Positions 26,025 through 38,710 of a stretch of DNA of 64,000 nucleotides are shown piece by piece (the first letter of the stretch is position 1; every line of letters begins with the position of its first letter). The stretch is from Yuukianura sp. NJ FZ-2021 (Eukaryota), in the NCBI GenBank assembly GCA_046563655.1, contig CM102290.1, forward strand, positions 2,046,001 through 2,110,000. Direction: 5' to 3'. Position numbers and translations under genes: made by a program. The notes beneath the pieces are model-generated. The model searched no databases, was not told the DNA's origin, and saw only the letters and a list, made by a program, of their open reading frames with translations.

Positions 26025-28269
26025 GGTTAGGTTAGGGAAGATGGCGGATGTTGGCTGGAGGCTGTTCCTGGAAGGTAGAGTAGTTCCAGGATCAAGATGA
26101 TCCTAGGAGGGTCCCTTGATGCCGTCGACAGGCCCTGAAGGGAGACTGAGGGAGGATTAGCTTCGTCTGGCTAGTCTATCCACAACCATTTATAGCACTC
26201 TCGACGACTTGTCATGAAGACTAGACACAGTGAGGCTATAGACTCACTTGGAGTACTGGAAGAGTGACAAGTAATTTGTTACCTGAAGAGAATTAGTTCG
26301 ACTGACTTATTACTTGCGTCTTTGTAACCTTCAGCTTTTGAAGAATGTGATTAATAACATGCTCTCGGAGTTTCAAATCTCCCGCAGTTTTTGTTTTTAT
26401 ATTGAAGAAAATTTCAGAGCAGCCTAAAAGTTATGTGAGTAACGCCAAAACTTGTTTCTGAGAAGCAAAAAAAGTTCAGGAAAGTCAAATTCAAAATTTT
26501 GAATTTGAGAATTTTTTGGAAAAAAATTAAACCAGTTTAAAAAAAAATGATGGCATGAATGGGCAGTACTACAAGAAAAAAGCTTTCTCTTTCTAGATTT
26601 TTTTTAAACTTGTTTTTTTTTTATTTGCTGCTCCTGTACGATAAAAAAAATTTTCACGATTTTTTTTTTTGCAAAATGGCGAACATTGTTTTTAGTGCTG
26701 AATTTAATTTTGTTTTTGTAATAAAAACTTAACGGTTTTGAAATTGTAAACTACATAATCCAGCATCAAAAAAGAAGTAAAACTGTGAACCATACACTCG
26801 GCTTCCTTCTTTTGGACAATGCAATGCTGAATGACTTTTTTTGTACGTGGAAGATAATCGACTGGAGAGGTTGTTTGAGTGAAGTCTAAGCGTTTTGGCT
26901 GTGCCTGACTAGAATTGTTCTCCATTTTGTTTTTATTGCAGCCATGACTGGAACTTGGAACTTCAGAAACTTTCATTTGTTTTGGCAGTTAACCGGGAGG
27001 AAAAGGTTGCGTGATGATGAGGGTTTTGGAGATGGAAAGAGACCACCGTTGGCTCTCAGTTAATGTCCAGACCTCATTTAAAAGTTAGGCCAACCTAACC
27101 GAACATGGACAGTAGTAGTACATAGTAGTAGTGCCGTTAATGGAAACTGGGTCGTTAGGGTGGCAGTGTAGTTCCTAGATTTGAATGAGACTGTACAGGC
27201 GACACGCGGTGGGGCAGCAGTCACCATCATCTGTACTTTGGTGGAGCATGACTCAAAGACCCACCAGCCTCGTCCAGAATCTCATAAAATCCATCTACAA
27301 AAAAGTGGCCCGAGAAAGTCAGACGGAGAGAAAGTTTGAGTTGTATGACTACGACCTCCGTACTCAATTTCCATAAACTATGACTACGACCAACGGAGGT
27401 TTTATAATGAATTTCCTCTTGGTCAGACCAAATGGTCGTCCAATTTCCTTTTCCTCACTCTTCGCCTAGTCGTTTCCACAACTTTTTCTACATTTTGAAT
27501 TTCCCACATTTTTTTTTCCTATTTGATCTTGCAAAGCAGTAAGACTTGGATGGACAAAGTTGCACTTAAAAAGTCCACAGCACAGCAAAAATTTCTTGTG
27601 AATAATTTACCAAAATTGTACTTTTTAGTTGGCGTGTTTTCTTAAAATTGTTTTTTTTTAATTGTGTTTTGCCGCCAGAGGGCGCGGCCTAAAGCAGAAA
27701 CTGGTACAAAGCATATACTAGTTTATTTACAAGCAATTTTTTGTAAATCCAGAGCAGAAAGAGAAAGCATTTGTGTGAGTGGGTTAGGCTGAACTAGGTT
27801 AGGTTTAGAGATTAGGTTAGTGGAAGTCCCATGTGTTCCACAAGAGACTGTTTGAAAAGTCCTTGAGAGTGACGGAGTTTAATTTTGAGAGTGACCAGAG
27901 ACAGGAATGTCGTTGATTTGAACCTCCAGGGATGCGGAAGGGAGCCTTTGAATGTCCTTCGTTCCCATGCGGTCCAATGACGACGACAAAAAAAAAGTTC
28001 CCTCGTAGAGACAGCACAGTGCAGAATGGAAGAACGCTCCAGTGCTCCTCAATGCATTTCCAACATAATAGAATGGCCTTTAAGGGCCCTGATGCCCTTC
28101 CATAGTGACAGCGACAACCAAAGACTCACGACCTCCCTTCCGGAAACGCCAAACAACCTCCTGTCACCTTCCGTCAGTGTCCAAGTCACCAGGAGTGACC
28201 AAAAGTGTTAACCTTTTGACCTAGTCACATGACTCAAAATCCAATGCTAATACTAAAACAAATGGCGAT

Positions 28270-28503
28270 CAAGTTTCCTTGACAACCGAATTGTATTTCC
28301 TACAACAGGTTGTCCAATAACTCAGGGTTTGCAAAAATTTTGCTTCAAATAATTTTTCCTCGAATACAATTGCTTTACGTGAAAATAATTACCTACCATA
28401 GGGAAAAATTTTTTTTGATTCAATTTTTTTAACAAAATGAAAAACGTCGAGTTATTAAACAACCTGGTGTAGAAAAAAATTTTTTTTTTGCTTACGAACC
28501 TTG
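28270..28503 (+). mobile_element. P-superfamily-like MITE, family B
   Basis: CAAGTTTCCTTGACAACCGAATTGTATTTCCTAC...TTACGAACCTTG; left ~60 bp almost identical to the copy at 4857. Confidence 0.88.
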
Positions 28504-30573
28504 TTGGTGACCTACATCGGTCATCTGGCCTCTTAATAACCGTTCGAGTTGTAGAAAAAATAAAGAAATGCATAAACAATGAAACGAGAATTTTTGAGAT
28601 TTATGTTAGGCGTTATGTGAAGTAAAAATTTTTGAAATTCTAGACGCTAAGGTTGTATGCTGTGTGATGGAAACGAAGGAGAAAGCTAGGATTTGGTATG
28701 TAGATTTGGTGGGACGGATTGAGTGTTTGTTGGGTGCGGTGGAGCTTTTAGATGGTGTTGGTGGGGCTTTGAGGTTCATATTCCAATCATAACTGCCTTC
28801 CTTCTCCGATGGGAAATGGAATTAAGTCCCACCGTCTTTTCCTTCTCATCTGGTACTTTTTCTAGGAACGGAGGCAGTAGACAATCGCTTTTGTCTCTAA
28901 GCCTGCAAGAGTGCCCGGAGTGCGCTGGAAGAGACATTGGAAGGCTAAAAGAAGCACCAACTTTCAAATACGTCCCGCCGCCACATCTCACCAAATCCGA
29001 CGTTCCTTGTTTCAATTACAAGTGGATCAAGGTTCTTTCACCCTCTTCCTCATCTTAGTGTAGTTACTCCCTCCAAAAAAGTCACACGGAATAAATTTCA
29101 CGCGGACATTATTCTTTTCCCACTTTGAAATTTAAAATTTTAGAATTTTGAACTCATAGAAATACGCTTGGTAATACCCATTAGCAAGTTTGTAAGTTAT
29201 ATGGTTTTACACTTTAATTTATCAACTGACACACAATATATGAAACACGGTCTTTGCCTTTTTCGAAAAAGTTGCATTTTGAGCTCATTGAAATCATAAA
29301 CTTTCAAAATTGAGTTTCCAAAAACTAAAAGTCTACGGTCCAATGATAAACAGTGTGGTGGCGTCTAGAAAACTGTGTTTTTCGAAATTTCATAAACTTT
29401 TTGAAAAATAATTACTTTTAGTTGCAAAATGTGTTGCATTGAAATTATAGAATAATATATTATAGAAAACACATCATATTCATCAATAAGGCTTTTCACT
29501 TTTTGAAAACAAGGAGCCTAATAACTTTTCCTTTTCAAGTTGCCACCTTGCTTTCTAACTTTTTACAAAATTTTGTTTTGAGCAGAATAGCTTTTGAAAA
29601 GAGAATTTTGAAAATTTGGCGGATGAGGAGGAGGTTTTTCCGGTTCCTATTAACTTTGGGAAATCCTGTATTGAATGGGAATAAGTTTGATTGACGTAGA
29701 GGGATGGAGTGAAAGTGACGAAAGTTATGCTAGGTTAGGTTAGGTGAAAGTTAGCCTTCTCACTTTTCAAAAAGGAATTCATCTTGAACAGCCGAGGTTG
29801 GAATAGAGGATGGACCAAAAAAAAATCCAGACAGGTCCAATTTTGGCGGCTCCTGCTGTCCAATTTTGAAAATATGATTAATGTATTCCTAATTCTATTT
29901 ACGTCAAGTTACGGTAGATTTGAAGCAGAAAACGGCTTTAGGAATGCATCACAATGGAAAGAGGTAGTTTCCACCCAGTCAGCCAGTAACAAATCCATCT
30001 GCACTCAAATTCTTTTAGAACAATTCAAAATGGCGCCATGTTTTCAATTTGGATTAAAATAATACAGAAGGCGTCATAAAATCAGGCATGAACAACTGAA
30101 AAACAAAGGCTTTTTAGAGACAAACAGTTCCTATTTTTAGAAAATTAAGAATTGAAAATTTTTTTGAACAGCGCGTTTGTGTTTTTTTAAACATAAAACG
30201 CTTAGGATATCTCGTTTCAGAAAGTATTGTTTGAAAACTACTTTTGACGCAGACCTCAATGTTTTTAATTTCAAACCGTCTGTTTTTGGCTTACTCTGAG
30301 TTTTAATAGCCTCTGGCTATGTCTTTTTTTGTGTGTAAATATTTTTATAAGAAGAAATTTTTCCGCAATTTTTTTTCCTGTTGCTTATAGCCACCAGTTA
30401 AAAAAATGATTCTGCTTCAAAAAAAAATGAGGCAAAAAATTCAGTTTATTTTGTATTATGACATTGTTTCAATTTCAGTTTTTTTTAGAAATATTAAAAA
30501 ACAACATTATTTACAAAAACATAATATTTTTTTTAAATGCGAAAACACTTTAAAGTACCAAAAATGCATTGAA

Positions 30574-30900
30574 GCAGTTTTTTCTACTGAGCGATTATCG
30601 AAAAACGAAGCGTTTTTGAAAAAAAAAATCTCAAGTGACCGCTAGTTTAAAATCTCTAGTTTCAACAGTAAAAAAGAAACTCATTTAAAGAAAGTTAAAA
30701 GCTTTTTCTCAAAAACAGGGATTCAAAACTTTCATCATTGCCCACTTTTCAGCTTTTCTAACCGTTATTTCTTAAATTAATTTTAAATTTTTTATACTTT
30801 ACTACTGATATTGTTCAAACACTTTCGAATGCAGTTGGGGTCATTTGAGATTTATGCAAAAACGCTTCGTTTTTCGGTAACCGCTCAGTAGAAAAACTCC
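30574..30900. mobile_element. Fold-back MITE with ~65-bp terminal inverted repeats, family unassigned
   Basis: AGTTTTTTCTACTGAGCGATTATCGAAAAACGAAGCGTTTTTG...AATCTCAAGTGACC is mirrored by GGTCATTTGAGATT...CAAAAACGCTTCGTTTTTCGGTAACCGCTCAGTAGAAAAACT. Confidence 0.8.
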
Positions 30901-31807
30901 AACTTTTTTTCATGTTAGGTTGATGCTGGTAGTATCTAACTTATCGAATATCATGTTCCAACGGTTGGTTCTTGCGTAGTAGTTTTTTTAAATCTGAACT
31001 TTCAAACTCCCGCGCAACTTTTTTTTCAAAATGTCGACGCTCTAGGCGCCCTCCCAGGATTAGTTCCCGCCGCTTATCGACACAGAAATCCCTTCCTCGG
31101 ACGGAGTAACTTTCCATTTGTGGAATTAGAGTTGTGCACTGAATTGGGAACTGATTTGAGCTTCTTCTTTTTTATTGCTTCATTTGGTCCAATTTTTTTC
31201 TTTTTCTTCTCCGTAGAGGAGAAAGCGATGAGCACTAAAAGCTAAGCACAGTTATAGTCGTAGGGATGAAGGAGGTTTTTAATGTGGGTTTTCTAGCAAT
31301 CTCAAACCTCAAATTCAAAGAGCCTTTACCCGGGTGTTTTTTTTCCCTCTACTACCCGGGTTTTTGGACTTTCCTATCGTCCACAAAACGGAAGAAAAGA
31401 GAAAAGATGTTTTTTTTTCTTCATAAATGTATATTAAGCTCATCCTCTCTGCCACTAAGGCCACAGAGAGAAAAAGGCTTTTAAGCAACCCGAGATTACA
31501 TTGATTTTTGATACTCGGACTCCGGACACAAAAAAAAGTGGCGGGAAATGAATTTTCTCAATTTTTTTCCTCCCGCCAAGTGCTAAAGGTGACTGGTGAA
31601 AGTTGTATCAAAATCCGGGTATTTTAGAGCCATCCCTCCTCCCTCCCTTTCCCCGTCCCATCTTTCATCCTAAAGTCTCCACTCTCCGTTTTTTTACTTT
31701 TTCTGTTGTAATTTTTATTTTTTTTACTCTTTTTTTCAGACCGTCCAATTTTGATTTTAGCCAAAAAATCCATTCTTGGTATTGCGTGCGCTTTTGTTGC
31801 TGCTTTC

Positions 31808-32079
31808 CAAGGTTTTTTGACTAATTTTCTTTTAACAGGTTGGGTAATACCTTATGTTTTTTTTTTTGATTTTGAAATTGAAGTGTCTTTACATTTCACT
31901 GTATCATACTCATAACACAATACAGCCGAAGTTTTTTTAATTTTGCATACGAATTGGGACCATTTTTTTTTTTTGGATTAGTACCAATCTTTGCTTTTGT
32001 TTTCCGTTTTTTCGTCAACAAGCGGGATTGTACCCAAACATGTTAAAGAAAATTAATTTTTTATTGTCAAAGAACCTTG
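31808..32079 (-). mobile_element. P-superfamily-like MITE, family A
   Basis: CAAGGTTT...GAACCTTG ends; flanked by the direct 9-mer GCTGCTTTC. Confidence 0.88.
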
Positions 32080-32948
32080 GCTGCTTTCATAAGACTCCAA
32101 AATAGTAAAAGTTTGGCAACTCATCGTCATCTACAATAATTGGACATATTTTTTCTTCACTTTTCATTGTCTATTTCTCTTCAAGTCTTATCCTTACGAC
32201 ACATTTGGGCCTACAAAAAGGAGAAATCACGCTCTTCAAAATTTCTTTTTTCAAAAACTTCAATCAAAAATTTAAAAAACTTTAAAGAATTTCGAGAAAA
32301 AGTGTAACGAAGAGAGCAATTTTAAGTTTGGTGAAAGCGATTTTGAGTTTGACGGTTTCGGAACTTTTTCAAATCCTTCCCCCTTTTCCTCAACCACTCT
32401 TTTACGCGCGTCATTCTTTCATTGAGATTCACATTAAGAATGTGCAATTTGGGAAAGAGGTTCAGAATAGTAGGGGAACATGGACGATACACTTTACTCC
32501 GTTGCTTACCAAGGAACATTAAAAGAAGATTGGAAGCTGAGGGTGGGGGGAAGTCGTATGAAGAGGGGTAAGGGTTGGTGGGGGGCGGTGGAATGGCTAA
32601 AAGACGTGCGCATAAATCTTGAAATGGTTTCAAAGGCAAACGCGCGGATTTCGCGGATGTATCTTCATTACACAACTCAAATGGTAAGGTCCAATGGAGG
32701 CGGAAAACACTTTTCTAATGGAGATGGATATTATCCTCTACTGCCGCCGCCATTTCAAAAACTACTGCTCCCCTCCCTCTCTTTTCCGGTTTCAAATCCA
32801 TTGTTTCCAGATTGAGAGCAAGGGAATTTGTGCGGGCGGGGAAAAACGGTTTACGGGTTTGTCTTTTTCGTCGTCTTCTGATATTCCTTCGACACGATTT
32901 CCACTTTTCAAAAATAAAAAGCTTCCGTTTCTAAATGAAAGTGAGGCT

Positions 32949-33198
32949 CAAGGTTCCTTGACAACGAAAAGGTAAATTTCTTTAACAGATTGGGTACTAT
33001 CTTACTTGTTGACAGAAAAACGAAAAAACAGAATAACAAAAATTGGTACCAATTTTAGTACGAATCCAAAAAATTGGCACCAATTCGTATGCAAAATTTA
33101 AAAAATTCGGTTGTAGTGTTATGCCTACGATGCCCCGACGACGAAGGAACATGAGGTATTACCTAACCTGTTAAAAAAATCAAAGTCAACAAACCTTG
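32949..33198 (+). mobile_element. P-superfamily-like MITE, family A
   Basis: CAAGGTTCCTTGACAAC...GTCAACAAACCTTG; TSD gtgaggct/gtgaagct (7/8). Confidence 0.9.
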
Positions 33199-34874
33199 GT
33201 GAAGCTCGCAAAAGTTTGGTTTGGGGCAAGCGCAATCTCGAAAATCCGCGTTTTATTAAAAATTGTATTCCATTTTTTTTCTACAGCTCTACAATCATTG
33301 TTTTCATTGGTTTCCAAAATGTTTCTGGAACAATGTTTCCATTGATGACAATTTTCAAATATTGAAATTTCCAAAACTTTTTCATGGTTTGCAAAAAGAA
33401 AACAGAATTCTCTGCCCCCAAAAATCGTTTCTTTTTTCCCCAGTCCACTGCTTACTGTTGACTAAGAAATCCGTGTTCTCTAATGGTTCAGTTTAGAAGA
33501 GTAATGATGTGACGACGATCCGACTAGGTTCGGACTCGAACAGAATTGGAATTTTCCCTCCAGATTTTATGACCAGTACTATCAAAGAACGGAGGATGTT
33601 GGGCCATAAAGTTACGCGGAGAAACCAAAACTCTCTTCTTTTTTTTTGGTGAGAAGATGCCATAGTAGCGGTTTTCTCCGTTTGCAGAAAACTTTAGAAC
33701 CCAAATGTCACCGCCCGCCTTGTTGACCAAATAAAAAAAATAGCGGGAAAAGAGAGCCCCACGGCCCCACTAGAGTACTGGTCCCACCGCCAGCAGTTGG
33801 ACCCATAAATCCTCTGAGTTCATGAGCAAAATATCTTTGTGTGTTTATTACAAAGGGAAGAAAGTGAAGGCGGGACGGTCCAAACCAAAAAGAAAGTGAA
33901 GCTCCAAGCTACAACTTTTTTTTTCAGGAGAGAAAGCGCCCATACCAAACAAGCGGAAATAATCTTAGAGACGACAGAAAGCACTCGTAATAAAAAAAAA
34001 AATAATAAACCAAAACAAGAAGTACAAAAAAAAATTTTAGAAAAAAAGTCTCCGTTATGAGCGTATGGAAGAAAGAAATTTTGAAAACGAAGTCCGGCCT
34101 CGAGTAAAACGGTTTTTTATTTTGTTTATTCTAAAACCGAAGTGCACAAGTGATGATTTGAATCTTAAAAGAACTTTATTGCGGGACCCACTAAATCACT
34201 CTAAAAAAAACAGCTTTTCCGCAAAATCGTTTTTTAAAAGCGTTTCCTACCTAAAAATTTTTCTTAAAGTTTTTTTTTTCTAAAAGCTAAAAGCAAAGTT
34301 AAACACTTTCTCTGGAACTGAGGAAACGTGACTCTCATAAAGGATTTTGTGACGTCCAGTCGAAAAAGGCAGGGATACCATGTAGTCGCTGGAAAAGCTG
34401 CAATTTTCACACCTTCGTATTTTCCTACCGGCTAACAGGTTGCAGTCTAACTTAACAATTTTTTTTGAAGGCGTGCCCCCTCCCTCTGCTTAAAACGTAG
34501 CAACCTCCATGGTGCCTAGGTTGCATCCTATTTGCATTCTCCTTCTGATTACAATTCTACAAAGGATCTTGACAAAAGACGAGAGGAAAATACTTGAGAA
34601 AGAAAGAAAATTAGAAAATATCTGCTGGTTGGCTGTTGTGGGCTCCATGGTTTGAATTGAAAATTATCGATTACTTTTCAAAGTAATCGATTACTCTTCC
34701 ACTGGAAATTTGTACAGAAACTCAAAATAGCATTCCTGGAGATTATTTCAACCTAAAGGAGAGTTTCTTGCTTAGATTTTGTCTAAAAATGATTTGGATT
34801 GGGCATCTTCCAGACTCATGTATTGATATTTTTGTTTAAGAGTTCTGGCTAATTTCAATCATGTTTGGAAGTCT

Positions 34875-35094
34875 CAAGGTTTGTTGACTTGGATTTTCTT
34901 TAACAGGTTGAGTATTCCCTCATGTGTTTTCGATTTTGCAAAATGAGTGTCTTTCATTTCCAGGGTATTATAGTCATAACAATGCAGCCGAATTTTTTAT
35001 TATTTTACATACAAATTGGCACCAATTTTTTGGATTGGATTGATAACAACCAACCTGTTAAAGAAGATTAATTTTCCGTTGTCAAGGAACCTTG
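34875..35094 (-). mobile_element. P-superfamily-like MITE, family A (internally deleted)
   Basis: CAAGGTTTGTTGAC...GTTGTCAAGGAACCTTG; flanks ggaagtct/aggagtct. Confidence 0.88.
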
Positions 35095-36392
35095 AGGAGT
35101 CTGGCGTACTTCAACCACCCACCAAAAACACTTCCATAGAAAATCTGTCATGGAAATTAGAATTTTTTGTTTTCCTTAGAGTAAGCAGTGGCATAATGCT
35201 ACGGTGGTTGGTGTGGCTGGTGTGGCATGCGGTGGATTTATGGTGTGGCGTCATGTGGCGCTGGCTTAAACTTTTGAGAAGTAAAGTGGGTTCTTGTACT
35301 TTTGGTGGATTTGGATTCATTTTGTGAAGGAGTTTTTCAAACTGCAGTTGAAGAAAATTTTCAAGAGGAGGCAAAGGTGTTGATGATTGACAATTTCAAT
35401 TTCAGAGCCGTCAGAAGGAATCAGTTCATGTTATTCACTGATCATTCTCCATCAAAACTGAAAAGTCCTCGTTTTTGTAGAAGGGGGGCTGAGGGTTCGA
35501 GCCCAGGCTGGGTTTCTACTTTCTAATTCTTTTCTCCAAAACCGCCCAAAGTTTAGGGCCTGAGTTTCGTGGACGAATTCCTTCTTGTGGGACGTTTTCG
35601 CTTGGTGGCGGGTGAAAGCTCGCTTTCTCCCGGCCTAAACTGTTGATGATGCGCAAGTGGATTTTTTGTTCTTTCTAGCTCCTCTACTACTCAAAGTTCG
35701 GTTGAGCTGTGCTGGATTGCACAGTTTGTGAGTTTGGGTGCAGTTGGGTTGAGCCATGGCCCATGTGCCTGTGCCTTCCCATTTCACATCTTCAGTTCCT
35801 CCAAGACGGTTCGTTTTCGCCGTTCTCCTCAAAAAAAGTTGCTGCTTTTAGCGTTTTCATCTTCCAAAAGTTGCAGCAACTGTAAAAACACATAGTGTTG
35901 TCCTATTTTGTGTGAGATTTAAACCAGAAAGACAATGATCCTACGAGGTTCCTAAAAATAACAAAACTAAAATTAGCTCTCAACACGTGGAAAAATGGAA
36001 CACAGAAACTGCAGAATTGAAGCTCACAAAAAAAATAGTCTACAATTAGTACAAGTCCACTTCGAGTGTATTGCAACCTAATGAGTAAAGGTGGTTACAA
36101 GTAGTTTAACTTAGGGTAAATGTGGTTACGCATAATGACTTCAATTTGTGGCGGGCTTTTTAACCACAAAAACCTAATTGTCTCAAAGTGAAGTGCGAAC
36201 TTAATGACATGGAAACTTTGCATTCAAAAGTGAAAGTGACGAGACGCTCAAAGTTGGATTTTTGAAATTCCAAATTTCGGGATCCTAACCTCGAGGGGTA
36301 AAAAGATCAATTTGATGTTTTGGTGACCTTGTGACCTTGGATCCCAGTAAAGTACGTTTTGTTAAGGTAGTGTGTACTACCTCAGTTGGGCA

Positions 36393-37022
36393 ATGGAGTC
36401 CGACGTTGATGGTACACTAGACTATGTTACTTCAAGTGAAAACGACTACTACAACCAGTTCAACGACTACAATGATTCTGACATTGGAGAGTTTAATGAC
36501 ACTTCGAATCTGACTACGGTGTACAAGTACCATTCTCCGGGCTACTCTACGCTAGCTATAGTAATTTCTTCGATTCTGCTGACGTTCATGATGATCGTCG
36601 TGGTGATTGGGAACATGTTGGTGATTATTGCCATAGCAACGGAGAAGACGCTCAAGAACATGCAGAATTGGTTCATAGCGTCTCTGGCCGTGGCTGACTT
36701 CTTCGTGGGTTTGCTGATCATGCCGTTTTCTTTGGCGAATGAGCTGATGGGGTACTGGATCTTCGGATCCCTCTGGTGCAGCATCCACTCAGCCCTGGAC
36801 GTCCTGCTCTGCACCAGTTCCATCATGAACATTTGCCTCATCAGTCTGGACCGCTACTGGTCCATCACGCAGGCAGTGGACTACCTCAAGAAACGAACGC
36901 CCGTCAGGACTATCGTCATGATCGGAATGGTCTGGGCCCTGTCAGGCCTCATCTCCATTCCACCACTGCTCGGATGGCGGGACCCCGATGCAGGCTCAGG
37001 AGAAGTCCTTCCTCAGTGCGGG
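36393..37022 (+). CDS. Octalpha2R: Alpha2-adrenergic-like octopamine receptor (class A aminergic GPCR), first coding exon (N-terminus to ECL2)
   Basis: ORF encodes GNMLVIIAIATEKTLKNMQNWFIASLAVADF, ELMGYWIFG, TM3 LDVLLCTSSI (amine-binding Asp), SLDRYWSIT and IPPLLGW, as in the insect Octalpha2R clade. ATG at 36393; phase-0 donor GGG|GTAAGC at 37023. Confidence 0.93.
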
Positions 37023-37048
37023 GTAAGCCTACAAACCAACAGTTTTCA

Positions 37049-37296
37049 CAAGGTTCCTTGACAACTGACCTGTATTGCTACAACAGGTTGTCCAATAACT
37101 CGGGATTTTCAGAAACCTCGAGAAAAAAAAATGTTTTCCTCCAATTTTCCTCTAATTTCAATTATACAAGATGGAAATAAATACCATACAAAGCTACACG
37201 AGCAAACTCTTTACGAATTTTTTAACAATTCTCAACACACTGAGTTATTGCACAGCATGATGTAAAAAAACTTTATTTTTTTGTTTACGAACCTTG
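37049..37296 (+). mobile_element. P-superfamily-like MITE, family B-type ends, 26 nt into the receptor intron
   Basis: CAAGGTTCCTTGACAAC...TTTACGAACCTTG; perfect TSD AGTTTTCA. Confidence 0.92.
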
Positions 37297-37320
37297 AGTT
37301 TTCACCGCTTTGACCCCGAT

Positions 37321-37611
37321 CAAGGTTGTTTAAATCGAAATTTTGTTTGTTTTTCTTAATAGGTTATTCCACAACCCTTTTTTTCTCAATTTTCCAAAAT
37401 TCTTGAACCGAACATCTGACGCGGCACCGTTGCTTTAGCAATTAGAAATCAAAACTATGGCTCGGCAACGTGGAAATTAAAAAATTTCAAAAGATTATCG
37501 TGAAAACAAACAAAATTGGTCCAAAAGTTGTTTTTTCATGATTTAAAAAAAATCGTAGGTATGGCATAACCTGTTACCGTATCTGTATAAATGGGCGCTA
37601 TAGTAACCTTG
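37321..37611 (-). mobile_element. P-superfamily-like MITE, family D
   Basis: CAAGGTTGTTTAAAT...CTATAGTAACCTTG; colinear with 24338-24621; flanks accccgat/ccccagat. Confidence 0.9.
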
Positions 37612-38477
37612 CCCCAGATCCTCTGAAACCAAGCATTAATGTAGCTTTGACCCCTTGAGAATTAATTAACCCTCTACCACGTCACACCAAAAACTGATCA
37701 AATGAGGTTTGTGACCTTGGGGTTAGATTTGGTAGCTTTGAAACGGCAGAGAAAGTTATCTGGAGCATCGGAGCCTGTTAAGGAAGGGCGACCTCCCCTG
37801 GTGTGACTGTGCCATTGAAGTCAATCTCAGCAAAAGAGCTCAGCAGCGGTCCATTTCTGTGCTACTCCCCCTTAATGCACTTTCTCCATCAACAACAACC
37901 ACTTTCACTCCAAACCCAAAACAAACAATCCCAATGACCAATTAGGAACAGCTAACAGACTTCACACAATTTGATTCTTGACCAACCTCCGCACCCCCAC
38001 TCTCATATTTATTACGACCAAAAAGAAAAAAAAGGAGAGGGCACTAGGATTTGAACTCACGTCACCTTTTTTTTCCCTCGACTGCTCCAGTGTCCTTAAA
38101 CCTTCCTACAAAAACTTTCTCTAAAGCCATTCTTTTCCTGCCTGCAAAGTGTCACTTTCCTGTAAAATATTTTACATTTACGACACTTCATAAAAGTCGG
38201 AGGCTTATTAGCTTTCACTTTCTTCGAAACGTTCGCAGCGCGAACTAAACGGAAGTCAAGGAAATTTCAAAATTTTGATTTTTTTTGTACGTTGCAAAAA
38301 GGGTCACACAGAATTTGTGACACGCAACTTCCACATCATCATAATTCTCGCGTTTTAAATCTGTGAAATTATGATGGTGACTAGGTAACAATTAACTAGC
38401 AATTATAAGGTGCAACACAAAACCAAAATTTTGATGGAGTATATACTGTGCTCCAATTAGTTTTGATGGACAAATAA

Positions 38478-38710
38478 AATTCCAAAAATTTAGCTCATAT
38501 TTCGTAACAAAGAAATCCGAAAATTTTAGTCTGTTCAAAATTTTGAATGTGAAAGATGAAAACGCGAGAAATTGAGCTTGTGTAGGGTGAAATTCCGAAA
38601 AATTTAGCTTGTACAGGGTGAAACCCCAAAAAGTTGATCTTTTGCTGGGTGAAATTCCGAAAAATTGAACTTGTGGAAGTGTGGAAACCAAAATGGTTTA
38701 AGCTTTGCAG
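38478..38710. repeat. 31-bp minisatellite (unit ~GGGTGAAATTCCGAAAAATTTAGCTTGTACA)
   Basis: GGGTGAAA recurs at 38585, 38616 and 38647 (period 31), with degenerate units on both sides. Confidence 0.85.

Noticed and set aside
36542..37180. Overlapping ORFs 36542-36841(-), 36552-36788(-) and 36776-37180(+)
   Set aside because: Shadow frames of the GC-rich receptor exon.
38478..38710. Regularly spaced repeats as a possible CRISPR array
   Set aside because: Units are contiguous with no unique spacers, there are no cas genes, and the DNA is eukaryotic.
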